Source: Marsupella aquatica (lineage: Eukaryota; Plantae; Marchantiophyta). Taken from it: DNA of 64,000 nucleotides. The notes under the pieces were generated by a model. The model searched no databases. It was not told the origin of the DNA and saw only the letters and a program-made list of their open reading frames with translations. The position numbers were made by a program, and so were the translations under genes. Below, piece by piece: positions 13,162-23,322 of this stretch. Location of the stretch: the NCBI GenBank assembly GCA_973895155.1, contig OZ316898.1:2207927-2271926 (forward strand), read 5' to 3'. Each line of letters begins with the position of its first letter. Positions within the stretch are counted from its first letter, which is position 1.

Positions 13162-15260
13162 ATGCAAAGAATGACCCACAGAAACATGACACCCTGCAGG
13201 GGGAAGGCGGAGCCGTCGAGCCGAGCAAACAGAAATGGCACAAAGAAGCGCAAGAGTGGCAGACTGAAGAAATCAAAAGGTGATGAACAGAAATTGGGAG
13301 AAACAGGAGCAGCAGCAGCAGCAGCAGATGTCAAAGAGAGTGATCCTACCTCTGAAGGACAGTCCGGTCCTGATATGATGAAACTCACTAGAGGTATGCG
13401 CAAAAAATCACAAGACGATCCAGTGGAGGAATATGAAGCAGCAGCGTTTGTGAAGCAGAGCAGCCCTTCATCTCCGTAAGCCTGTTTCGTCTCTTGCGCA
13501 CTCTTTTTTGGTGCTCCCCGACCTCCCCCTGCCGGAGCTCAATTAATTGGTCTCTTTGGCGGATTTTAAACGCATCCTCTGCCATCTGCATTTTTCTCTT
13601 GGCACTGACTGCAAGATTTGTATTCGTAATGGTGGCAATGCCACTTGATTGAATCCCCGTTTGTATTCCGACCAAGCTGATTGCTCTCATCTTACTTCAA
13701 CCTTCTGCCAACTTCCCATTAAATGTCATTCATAGTTTTGTCTTTATGGTTTAAAGCATTGAAAGTTTTCTCAGGGTAGAAAATTTTCCCCCCTTTTTTA
13801 ATGTACAGAAAAATGAACACCATTGTTTTATGGAACGTCCTTAAAGTCTGGGGTCATTTAGAGATTCGTAGTGTCTCGAGGAATTGGACAAAGTGTGCGA
13901 AACCCCCACATGGGATGATAATTTGCCACTTCTACAGGCAAGAAGATGCAGAGCATATGGAGGATCACAAACGGAAACGAGGAAGACCTAAGAAATCAAC
14001 AAAAACCAAGAAGGAACCCTGGATTTGGAGCTGATGAAATGCAGAGGACACTATCTTCTGCAGAGGTGCGAGGCAGAAACGCCAGTCGGGTCGCTTAAAG
14101 AGGCAAAAACTGAAAATCAAGCAACCAAATCAGAGGGCAAGTACGGAGCAGCAAATGGAGGCTCGAAAGTCAACGACAGACGTGCAAGCAGTAGAGGCAA
14201 GGCAAGGTGGAGAGCAGAAGCCAGCCAGCAGTACCACATCCACATCCACAATACGTCCGAAGAAGGAAACCCCTAAATCTTCAGCTCTAACTCCGAAGAA
14301 GGCAAAAAGGCAGATCTCACCAAGATTGAAGTAGATGGCATTGAATTTCAAGTAGGGGACGATGTCTGATTGAAGAAGTCCGAAGTCCGACAAAGATGGC
14401 CTAGAATCAGACACTGAAGTGGAAGATTGCCGGATATGTGGAACCACAAATGAGGAAATTATGTTGGAGTGTGAAGACTGCTTGGCTGGCTTCCATCTGA
14501 CTTGCTTGAGTCCATCTTCGCAAAATGTCCCTGAAGGTGATTGGATTTGTCAGTATTGTGAGAAGGGGGAGACCCCTCCGGAACCAGCGAGCTCTCAGAG
14601 AAGGTATCTGTCAGCTCGTGAAAGACTCTTGGCTTGTGATCTCTGGGCAGCTCGGATTGAACGGTACGCTTTTGCTGAAACACTCTTATCCAAAATAATT
14701 ATCTTAGGTGATTGAAAAGAAGCAATGTACTTGATAGAAATTGATCGAAGATCCTGCCCAGCGCAGGTTGTGGAGAGAAACAGGTGGTACGCCCTGGTGC
14801 ACAGCACATTGGTTTCTCGTGCCCGAAGAGACGGCTTTGGGACGACAGCCGCACAATGGGCAAAAGAGAGCTCTTCCGTTCCAATAGGAGTGATGATAAT
14901 GAGGTCAGAAATTGTTACTTCTTTGGCTACATTGTCCATTAGACCATCACTTTCATTCAGTTCATAGGAGATTCAGAAAATGAAAAGAAAATCAGACAGG
15001 ACAAGGTGGAAAACAAGTTGCCGGACATAAGGAGACTGAAGTGAGTTGACATGGGGTTTGCGTTTCAATGAAGGTAAACAGTAATTCTGATTTGGCACAG
15101 TTGGATGACGCAGATGGACTCGATTCTACGACATTGCTATGTGATGAGTCCGCAAGACTACAAGAATTCCGCTGGCGAGAGCGATGATGTTTTCTTCTGT
15201 GAGTACGAGTACAGCGAACAGTGGTGCAAATTCAAGCGAATCGAGTATCTAGACGATAAC
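13162..15260 (+). pseudogene. ORC1: ORC1-like pseudogene (N-terminal BAH domain with embedded PHD finger only; no AAA+ domain)
   Basis: Matches the plant ORC1 architecture: KIEVDGIEFQVGDDV, EDCRIC..MLECEDCLAGFHLTCL..VPEGDWICQYCE, RERLLACDLWAARIER|LWRE..WFLVPEETALGRQPHN.KRELF, MDSILRHCYV..DDVFFCEYEY..WCKFKRI. Lesions: in-frame TGA at 14367-14369, 7-bp duplication GAAGTCC at 14375-14388, extra G at ~14858-14860. The 5' boundary is approximate. Confidence 0.85.
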
Positions 15261-15549
15261 GTAAGCATACAGTGTGTTGGGCAGTAAGGAGATATTTCTT
15301 TCTATGGTAGTTGCTGGCAATCGTCGTTTCCGATTGAGAAGGTCAGGTTGCTTGTTGTCTTGAGATAAACTGGGTGAATGTCTTCAGATCCGGCGCCATG
15401 CCTTCGCCTGTGTCCCATGATCCTTCGTCAAATGGTGCAACAGCCATGACACTGGAAGCCGACCAAGGAATTTCCCAAATCTTTTCCCGTGTTTTAAGCA
15501 GTTCTGTCAAACCTTGACGCAAAGCTCCCCTCACGCATATCTAGTTTTT

Positions 15550-15690
15550 ATTTATGCAGCTCACAATTTAATCTGTGAAGTGAACTCCAACCTTTGAAAA
15601 GCTTTTGTGTTTCAGGTTTCAAGCTTTCAGGTGCCAAGCTTTTCAAAGGTTGGAGTTCACTTCACAGATTAAATTGTGAGCTGCATAAAT
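15550..15690. repeat. Perfect 55-bp inverted repeat with 31-nt loop (hairpin or mini-MITE)
   Basis: 15550-15604 is the exact reverse complement of 15636-15690. Confidence 0.9.
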
Positions 15691-17035
15691 GGCGGTTCAA
15701 AATTAGGGCGCATTTTGAAATGGCGGTTCAAAATTTTTTTCGGACGTGGATTTGGCAATCAGTGAAATGTTCGAAACCCCACAAATTCAGGCAAGCTGTT
15801 TCCCAGGTTTCTCGAGTGTTGCCTACGCTTGAAAAACTTTTGTCTAGATCCCTCCAGACTCTTGTACATATTGCACTGGGAAGTAACGCTCAAACAGCTC
15901 CGAGATAGGACCCCAAGTCGCCGTTTGCAAGTCTCTTCTGAAATTTTTGGGAGCAGGTCTAATTTTTTGTACGGAAATTTTGTGTAGATGATGAAAAGGT
16001 CTGCCAAATTAGCGAAAATAGTCAGTCCTGGTGGCCATGGATTATGACAGACGGAGTTCAATGGCTGAAACTACCTTCGGGAATGTTCGTTGTATATCTG
16101 AAGGTGTTACATATTTGTTATAAATAGTCATTGTTAAATCCCTTTTTAGATAAGTTTTCTAAATACAATAAGATTTGTTTTATAGTGCGGGATTGTGTAG
16201 ATGGTAAAGGGAATTTTTCGGAAGAAATGCAAATTATCTCTAGGACGAGTCTCTGAGTTCAGTAAATGCAGTGTTCCTCTCAATTTCTCCAATGAGCTTG
16301 CGACAGAACACAGAGTCCATTCCTTTGACCATTACCCTGCAGTGATGACGTCAGCTTTGCATTGAAGAACGATGAAGAATCTCCATGGTTGGCTAAGTAC
16401 CTCTAAAAGGTCTCCAGTAGAACTCGGCAACTTTGGTTTCGGTTGGCCTTCACAGAGCCCACCTTCACCAGTTGTACAATAATTGATCATAGACCAGGTC
16501 TGCATCATGTTCTCGCCTGAAGCCCTTCTCCTATCCTACATTCTATTGGAACGTTCTTTCCATCAAATCAAATTTGTTATAATTCCTCATTTGAGTCATT
16601 GTCATGAAAGTGGAATCCATCAATTTCGCTCACTCGCCAGTTGTTTTTGTCGAGGTTGTTATCATTGCAAAGAGGTGGTATAGCTGTGGCTGGTAAACTT
16701 TCAGTAAGTGGTTTTCACAGGTCTACGAATGTTATGACTTCGTGCAGAAAAATCTGAAATGGCTGTACTTACTGAAAAGCTCTGCCATAGCCTTTTGCAG
16801 GTTTGCGTAGTGTTAAATTGAATCCAGCAAGCAAGCTGCATTAGGAATTGGTATTGGCAATTCGTCCCGCCTCAAATCTTGAGCAATATATAAATTGCTC
16901 AAGATTGGTCTTGGGAGAGTACTTGTAATTAAGCTTGGAAGGGTAGTTTCTTTGTACATGTGTACTTAATCAGAACCAAAATTGGGCCACTCAGCCCCCT
17001 TACACTGATTGCAATTCTAAGGAGTACAGCTTAGG

Positions 17036-18100
17036 GACACGTACATTCGAGCTGGAACAATCGCAACACGTCATTGCACGAGTCCTCTTTTCGATCCTGT
17101 CTACTGCTTACTTTATTTCCGGAATTTGATACAATCGACACCTGAGAGCCGGATGGTTCCTTCAATCTCATTGCTGAGTCGTGACGGGATCCTCTTGACC
17201 AGTTGAACAGTAACGCGAGCCTTGTCTGTCGATGCTTGGTTGGCCACGTTCTCGCTGGAAGATTCGAGTTGCGTAGGTTTGAAGACTAGAAGAGAATTCG
17301 AGTGAGACGTAGGTTGGTGAGATAGAGTCACTCTTCTGATCGAGTAAATTTCTTACCACCCGGCGCTCACGGGACTACTTTCTTGCTGTTTCAGGACAGT
17401 ACTTCGATATTTTGAGGATTAACTGAGGCGCTGCTCACCACAACTTTTGGAGAATCTCAGCGAGCGTTCTAGACAGTTGTCGCCAAAGCGAGACGAGCCC
17501 AGAGTCATCCGATCACTCGCGCTCTCTCCGCATGCTTTCACGGTCACGGTTGAAGAAGTTATTACGGAGATGCCGTGTTTTGTGGGTATCTGAGTGACGA
17601 ATCTATCCATGGCCAACGTACCACTGTACATAGTTGTGGTTGAAGAGCGCTGCAGGTTTGCTTCTCTGTTGCGGTGAAGGGAGGGAAAGAAGAGAACAGG
17701 CGGAGAAGACATTGTAAAATAGAAGAGTGAAGATCTCGATCTTTGCGTTGTGCTCGTTGTTCTTCTGAATCGAGGTGTAAATGTTTGACGCTCGCTCTTG
17801 ACATCGCGTTAACGTGCTGCCCTGGTGGAAACGTGCGCTGAGGGGGGGTGGTCTGGAGGACTTGATTGGGAAGGCTGTTTGAGCACGCCTCAGAGGGGTC
17901 ATAGTTCCGTGAGATTGTGTGCGATTTCAGGAGACAATCCTTTGTGAGGTTCTGAACCTTTTCCCTGTGACAGAGGAATCGTTGCCGAGAAATCGTTGTT
18001 GAGAATGGGGGCCTAGATGTCAGCTTTTGGATTGCAGACATACATCGAAATACAGCCATTATCGCCTAGCCACAATTTCGAGGCGAGGTCGAATTTGGTC
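17036..18100 (+). repeat. Diverged duplicate of 22312-23439 (upstream region and start of exon 1 of the DnaJ-like gene)
   Basis: Collinear similarity from GACACGTACATTCGAGCTG.AACAATCGCAACACG to GTCGAATTT.GTC. The copied start codon reads ATG GGG GCC TAG (stop). Confidence 0.85.
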
Positions 18101-18109
18101 TACTTGCTC

Positions 18110-18490
18110 AAAAGGGTTCAGACTTGTTCGAGATTGTGTACAAATTTCAAGGGAACCTTCGATCCGTGACAGAGGAATGATTGTTGAGTATGCAGTTCTC
18201 GATGTTAGCTTTGTGCTTACAAACGTTAAAGGGTTCAGACTTGTTCCAGATCGTGTGCAATTTCAAGGAAACCTTCGATCCGTGACAGAGGAAGAGATTG
18301 TGTGCAAATTTCAAGGGAACCTTCGATCCGTGACAGAGGACTGATTGTTGAGAATGGAGTTCTCGATGTTAGCTTTGTGCTTACAAACTTTAAAGGGGTC
18401 AGACTTGTTCTAGATTTGTGTTTAATTTCAAGTAAATCTTCGATCCGTGACAGAGGAATGAATGTTGAGGATGGAGTTCTCGATGTTCTC
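18110..18490 (+). repeat. Tandem array of ~120-bp units (3 full plus 1 partial)
   Basis: AAAGGG.TCAGACTTGTTC.AGAT.GTGT..AATTTCAAG..AACCTTCGATCCGTGACAGAGGA..GATTGTTGAG.ATG.AGTTCTCGATGTT is repeated. Confidence 0.85.
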
Positions 18491-18937
18491 AGTATGATTG
18501 CTCAATTGGGTTTAGATTGGTGAGAGGAGGCCCGCTCAGGTGAGTTCTGCAAAGAGGCAGCGTCAACACCCGGCCAGCCTATCTCCCTGCAAAAATTCCA
18601 GCACTAACTTAGCGCGGCAACCGGCATCGACCGGTTGCATTGTTTTCCTTACTCATTAGTTTAAGGCAACCTTCTCCTTCGCGGGCTCGGCTTTTGTATG
18701 CCAGTGGCCTTGGTCTTCCTCCACAGCTTATGGTTTTATCCTGCCCAAGGTGCTAACCATGCCACGTATTGTCTCGAGGACTGTTGCTTGTCGATGGCTT
18801 GGATGGCGAGGTCACTCTTGAATCTGAAACTCTTTTGGCTTGGGAGTGTGATGAGTGCGAAGTCTGGGTCGATGAGGAGATGATGAGTAATAGGGAGATG
18901 TTGAGGTGAGATTATTGTGTGTGGGGCTGCACCAGCC

Positions 18938-19155
18938 TATTTTTAGGCTTTTTACTTTTTTGCCAGTGGCAAATGTCCACTATGTGAAGGAGAAGATGCT
19001 CAAAAGATTTTTTATCTGAGTTTTGGGGAATAATTTCTTGGCCGTCAGATCTCCCTATATTTAAAGATGACCATTAGATTCTGGCTAATGGGGCCTGGGA
19101 TTAGGTGGACACTGGCTAATGAGCGAGAGCAACACTAGCGAATGTTTGCCAAAAG
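18938..19155 (+). repeat. Dispersed repeat family copy (related copies at ~3930-4115 and ~59030-59215)
   Basis: Shared ordered blocks: TTTTTAGG.TTTTAC..GTGGC.AATGTC..TGTGAAGGAGAA..AGAT.TCCCTA..CAGATT..GGCTA.TGG..AACACTAGC.AAT..TTGCCAAAA. Confidence 0.55.
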
Positions 19156-20586
19156 TGGCAAAAGCTTTTCGGGGAGGTGGAATTTGGCAAAATTTTGCCA
19201 CTATCAAAAAACACTGGACTGCACCTGCACAAGAACTGAGATTCCGTGGACCTCCCTAAGGAAGACGTGTGATGAGGGTATTGATTTTTTCTAGCCTTCC
19301 TTTGCTTGTGAAGGTACAAACGAAGAGAGGAAGATTCGTTCCTTGATCTCGTGACGAAATTTTTTTGATAATATTTCAGAGAAAAGTACTGCTTATAGTT
19401 CTGGTTCCTCCAGATATGGCCTAAGAAGGGATTTGTGAGCCAGCTCAGTCAAATACTGTAGATTTGGTGGGCTGCTGAGCACTAGTTTTTAATACCCGCT
19501 CAGTATGAATTTTTACACGATTCCTCCTTCCTTTTATTTGGAAGGAGTATATATGCTCGATTCCTCATGGGAGTTTCTTCTCAAATGTATAGGATAATGG
19601 CCGTCTGGTGTGAGATTCAGGACCTAAGGGCCCAGGAAACATGCCCTTGGTTATCTATCACATATGTTGTCTGGCCTGCCTAAGGAGGAGGTTGAGGCAT
19701 AAAAACTTCACTGCATCCTGCAATGTCACCTGTTGAATTGAGGGTTGGAAACTTGAGGGCCACCCACATGTAAGATTGCTGCAAGAGTCCTATTCCATAT
19801 GGTTAAAGATTACTTTTTGAAAACTCTCAATGAGGGTTTATGCTCAGGGAACCAAGGCATGTAAGCTCAGCGGGCTCACCTCCCTTGGGGATTACCATCC
19901 ATGAACCCCCCAGAGGTTAGCCTACCTGTTCTCTTCTATGTTGATGAGACAAGTCAAATGTATGATCCATGAGGAAATAGCTCAGGGGTGCTTTACAAGA
20001 CCAAGAGGACAAACATTTACTGCTCTTGGTCTTGGATAAATAAAGCCTGGAAACCATAAATATATGAATCCATTTAGACCTACTGACCAAAAAAGGTGGT
20101 AAGGTAGTGCATTCAATAATTAATAGACACAATAGAAAGAGGCGAAAGGTCTCTTCAAATTACAACCTCAAGAGGTGGTCTAAATATTTGTCACCTTTAC
20201 ACTCCACATAAGCATTTTGGAAGCATTGGGAGATTTCTCTTGACCTCTCCATTTCATGTAAAGCCAAAGTGGACATTGGAAATGACAAATATCTTTGATG
20301 CTGTAATGGCCAATCCATCTGACCTGCCAAGGAGTGCTATTTTTCAGAGGACGGTAGGTATTTAGTCTTTAATTTGCGTCAGCAAAGACAGTCTATTATT
20401 ATTTTTTCCTAAATTTTAAACAGAACCCCTTCATAATTTATTTTTCTTTATTTCCCATTTTTTAGTGTCCTCCGGGTTACAAGAGTAACCCACATTATAA
20501 AGTCCCAGTTGCAAGGCTGTTCAAAAGTAGACTCTATAGGGATTGAAGTGTAACCCACATTATAAAGTCCCAGTTGCAAGGCTCTT

Positions 20587-20672
20587 TAAAAGTAGAGTCT
20601 ACAGGGATTGAACCCTTGACCTTCCAGCCTTACCTACAGAGCCCAACTACCACTGTGCTAAACAATTCACCT
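20587..20672 (-). mobile_element. tRNA-derived SINE-like head (Pol III A and B boxes)
   Basis: The minus strand reads TAGCACAGTGG (A-box-like), then ~30 nt, then GGTTCAATCCC (B-box), with no complete cloverleaf. An adjacent ~65-bp tandem duplication spans 20485-20612. Confidence 0.45.
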
Positions 20673-20971
20673 ACCTCTTCAAGTCATGTAGAGAATTCAA
20701 CTTATGTCAGATTAGGTGAGCAATGCCTCATCTCCTCTGGTCAACACAAAACAGCATAGAGTACAATACATTACTTACCTGTGTCCATGTGTATCACACC
20801 TCGTTAGACCACCAGGCATCATAATGATCTGGACCATCCTTCCTGGCAGTACCTTCCAACCCCTCTTCTTTTCATTTATTTTTATCACTCTTCTATGAGG
20901 TATACTTCTGTATAATTTTTCATCCTTTATGAGTCATTTTCTCAACCTTTATCAGTCATCTCCTCCAATAT

Positions 20972-21351
20972 GAAACAAAAGCCCGGATGGACCGAGACAT
21001 TGTCCCTGCCCATCTCCATGAACTACGTAAAGTAATCGTTAGTTTTACACCATTAAGAAAAAGGAACCAGTTGCGGATTGCAGTTGATGACTTTGATTAT
21101 GTTGGGGAGAAAGTAGTTGAGATATCATAGTGATCCTGAATAATGGTGTCAAGGTACCAGGAAAATTGGTCTGATAATGTAATTGAAACCGGCTGCAAAC
21201 AATCAAGAGACCGTTTACAGGTCACATTCTAATCAAAAGTGTAAATAGTGTTATCTGAGTCAGTTTAAATGTTATGAGCAAGTTCATCTAAACTTTGCCA
21301 GTCCATCCTAGCTTCATAGACAAAGTGGAGGTCCATCCGGGCTTTAGTTTC
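20972..21351. mobile_element. Mutator-like non-autonomous element (MITE)
   Basis: 22-bp TIRs (GAAACAAAAGCCCGGATGGACC and GGTCCATCCGGGCTTTAGTTTC) match 21/22. Flanks CCTCCAATAT and CCTCCCATAC match 8/10, consistent with an aged 10-bp TSD. Confidence 0.7.
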
Positions 21352-21823
21352 CCTCCCATACTATGTAATAATTATATATTTTTAACGTTTCTAATAATTA
21401 AAGCAAACAAGGATTTAGTAGAAGTCCCCTGCTATATGAAGGGTTACGTTCAAATCTAAAAGCAATTCTATCTAATAAAGCCTAAGCAAAAGCTACATCA
21501 AGGGCCAATACAGTAGACTCTGACTCTGGGTGCACAAGTATGGTTGGGGTTGGAACTGGAAGACTCAATCAAAAGCTATGATAATGGCCTTAAGACTATG
21601 ACTTTGGGGTTTGGAACTGGAAAGCGCAATTGAAAACGAGGACAAGGGTGTATAGTAGACCATGACTCTGGGGGCACAGGTATAGCTGGAACTGGAAATT
21701 GGGGCGATTGACTCAACATCTGTTTATGTGCATAGCTCCGGCATTGAGGCTACTCTTGGGAGGAGTTATTCTAATAGTATTGAGTGTGGCTTACGGACAC
21801 AGAGTGCTGTCTTTTTAGTGGTG

Positions 21824-22170
21824 AAAATTTACCAGATTACACCTCTCTAGATCCCACCTCGCCTTGCTGCTATTGGCTCAAACTAGGTACAGTAGCTTTC
21901 ATGCTCCCACCTAGGCACAGACCCTATTAGCCTAAATCCACTAAAAATTTACCAGATTCCACCTCTCTAAAACGCCTTTGTTGCTTTTGGCTCAAACTAG
22001 CTACAGTAGGTTTCATGTCTGCCCACCTAAGCACAGACCCTATTAGCCTAAATCCACTTAAAATTGACCAGATTCCACCTCTCTAGTTGGCCTTTGTAGC
22101 TTTTGGCTCAAACTAGGTACAGTAGGGTTAATGTATACCCACCTAGGCACAGACCCTATTAGCCTAGATC
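21824..22170. repeat. ~115-120-bp tandem repeat, 3 copies
   Basis: AAAATTTACCAGATT.CACCTCTCTA...TTGGCTCAAACTAG.TACAGTAG...CCCACCTA.GCACAGACCCTATTAGCCTA occurs three times. Confidence 0.85.
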
Positions 22171-23322
22171 TAAGGGTCCTCCTTAAGTCTACAGAGATCT
22201 GAAGGTCAGAAAGTAATCTTGGAAAATTATATAAAAAGCAATATTCCTAGCATCTGCTAGTGATGACATTCGCCACTCCGGCGAAAAAGGAAAAACCTTT
22301 ATATCTAAGCCGACACGTACATTCGAGCTGAAACAATCGCAACACGCCATTTGCCCGATTCCGCTTTTCGATCCGGGTCTTCTGCTCTACTTTTCATCCG
22401 GAATTCGACCACAATCGACACCTGAGAGCGGGATTGTTGCTTCCGCTCTTTCCTGATTCGTGACGGGGATCCTCCCGTACTGCTGAGCAGTAATTGCGAG
22501 CCTTGTCTGTCGATGTTTGGCTGGCCACGAAGCCGCTGGAAGATTCGAGTTGCGTGGGTGTGAAGAGACGAGAATTCCTGGATTCGAGAGTGAGACATAG
22601 GTTGGTGAGACAGAGGCACTCTTCTCATCGAGTAGAATTTCTTACTATAACGCCCACGGGAGTACTGTACTTTCTTGGTGCTCCAGTTGTATAGTTGCTT
22701 GCTTTGTTGAGGATTGACTGTGGCGCTGCCCACCACAACTTTTGGAGAATCTCAGCAGGCGTTTCTAGAAAGTGGTTGCCAAGCGAGACGGGCCCACAGT
22801 CATCCAATGACTCGCGCTCTCTCTGCATCCTGTCACGGTTGAAGAAGTTATTGCGGAGATCCGTGGTTTGTGGGTAGCTGGGTGACGGATCTATCCATGG
22901 CCGACGTAGGACTGTACATAGTTGTGGTTGAAGTGCGCTGGAGTTTTGTTTCGTTGTTGCTGTGAAGGGAGGGGAAGAGGAGAACGAGCTTGTGGAAAGA
23001 GGAAAAGAGTGCAGATCTCGATCTTTGCAGTGTGCTCGTTGTTCTTTTGACGACATTTTCGAAGTGTTGAGTGTTGGACGCTCGCTGTTGATATTGCGTT
23101 GAGGTGCTGCTCTAGTAGTGGAAACGTGTGCTGAGCGGCGGTCAGGACTTGATTTGGAAGCTGGTTTGGGGTTGCTTGAAGGGGTTACGCCGGCCAGGGC
23201 CACAACCGGCAGGCCTGAGGAGGCCTGTTCAGAGTGGCTTGAGATTGTGTGCAATTTCAAGGGATAGTAGTTTGTGAGGTTCGTAACCTTACTATCAGTG
23301 TCAGAGGGAAACTTTGTTGAGG

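Noticed and set aside
20587-20672. tRNA gene
   Set aside because: A- and B-box-like motifs are present, but there is no convincing acceptor or anticodon stem, so it is treated as SINE-like.
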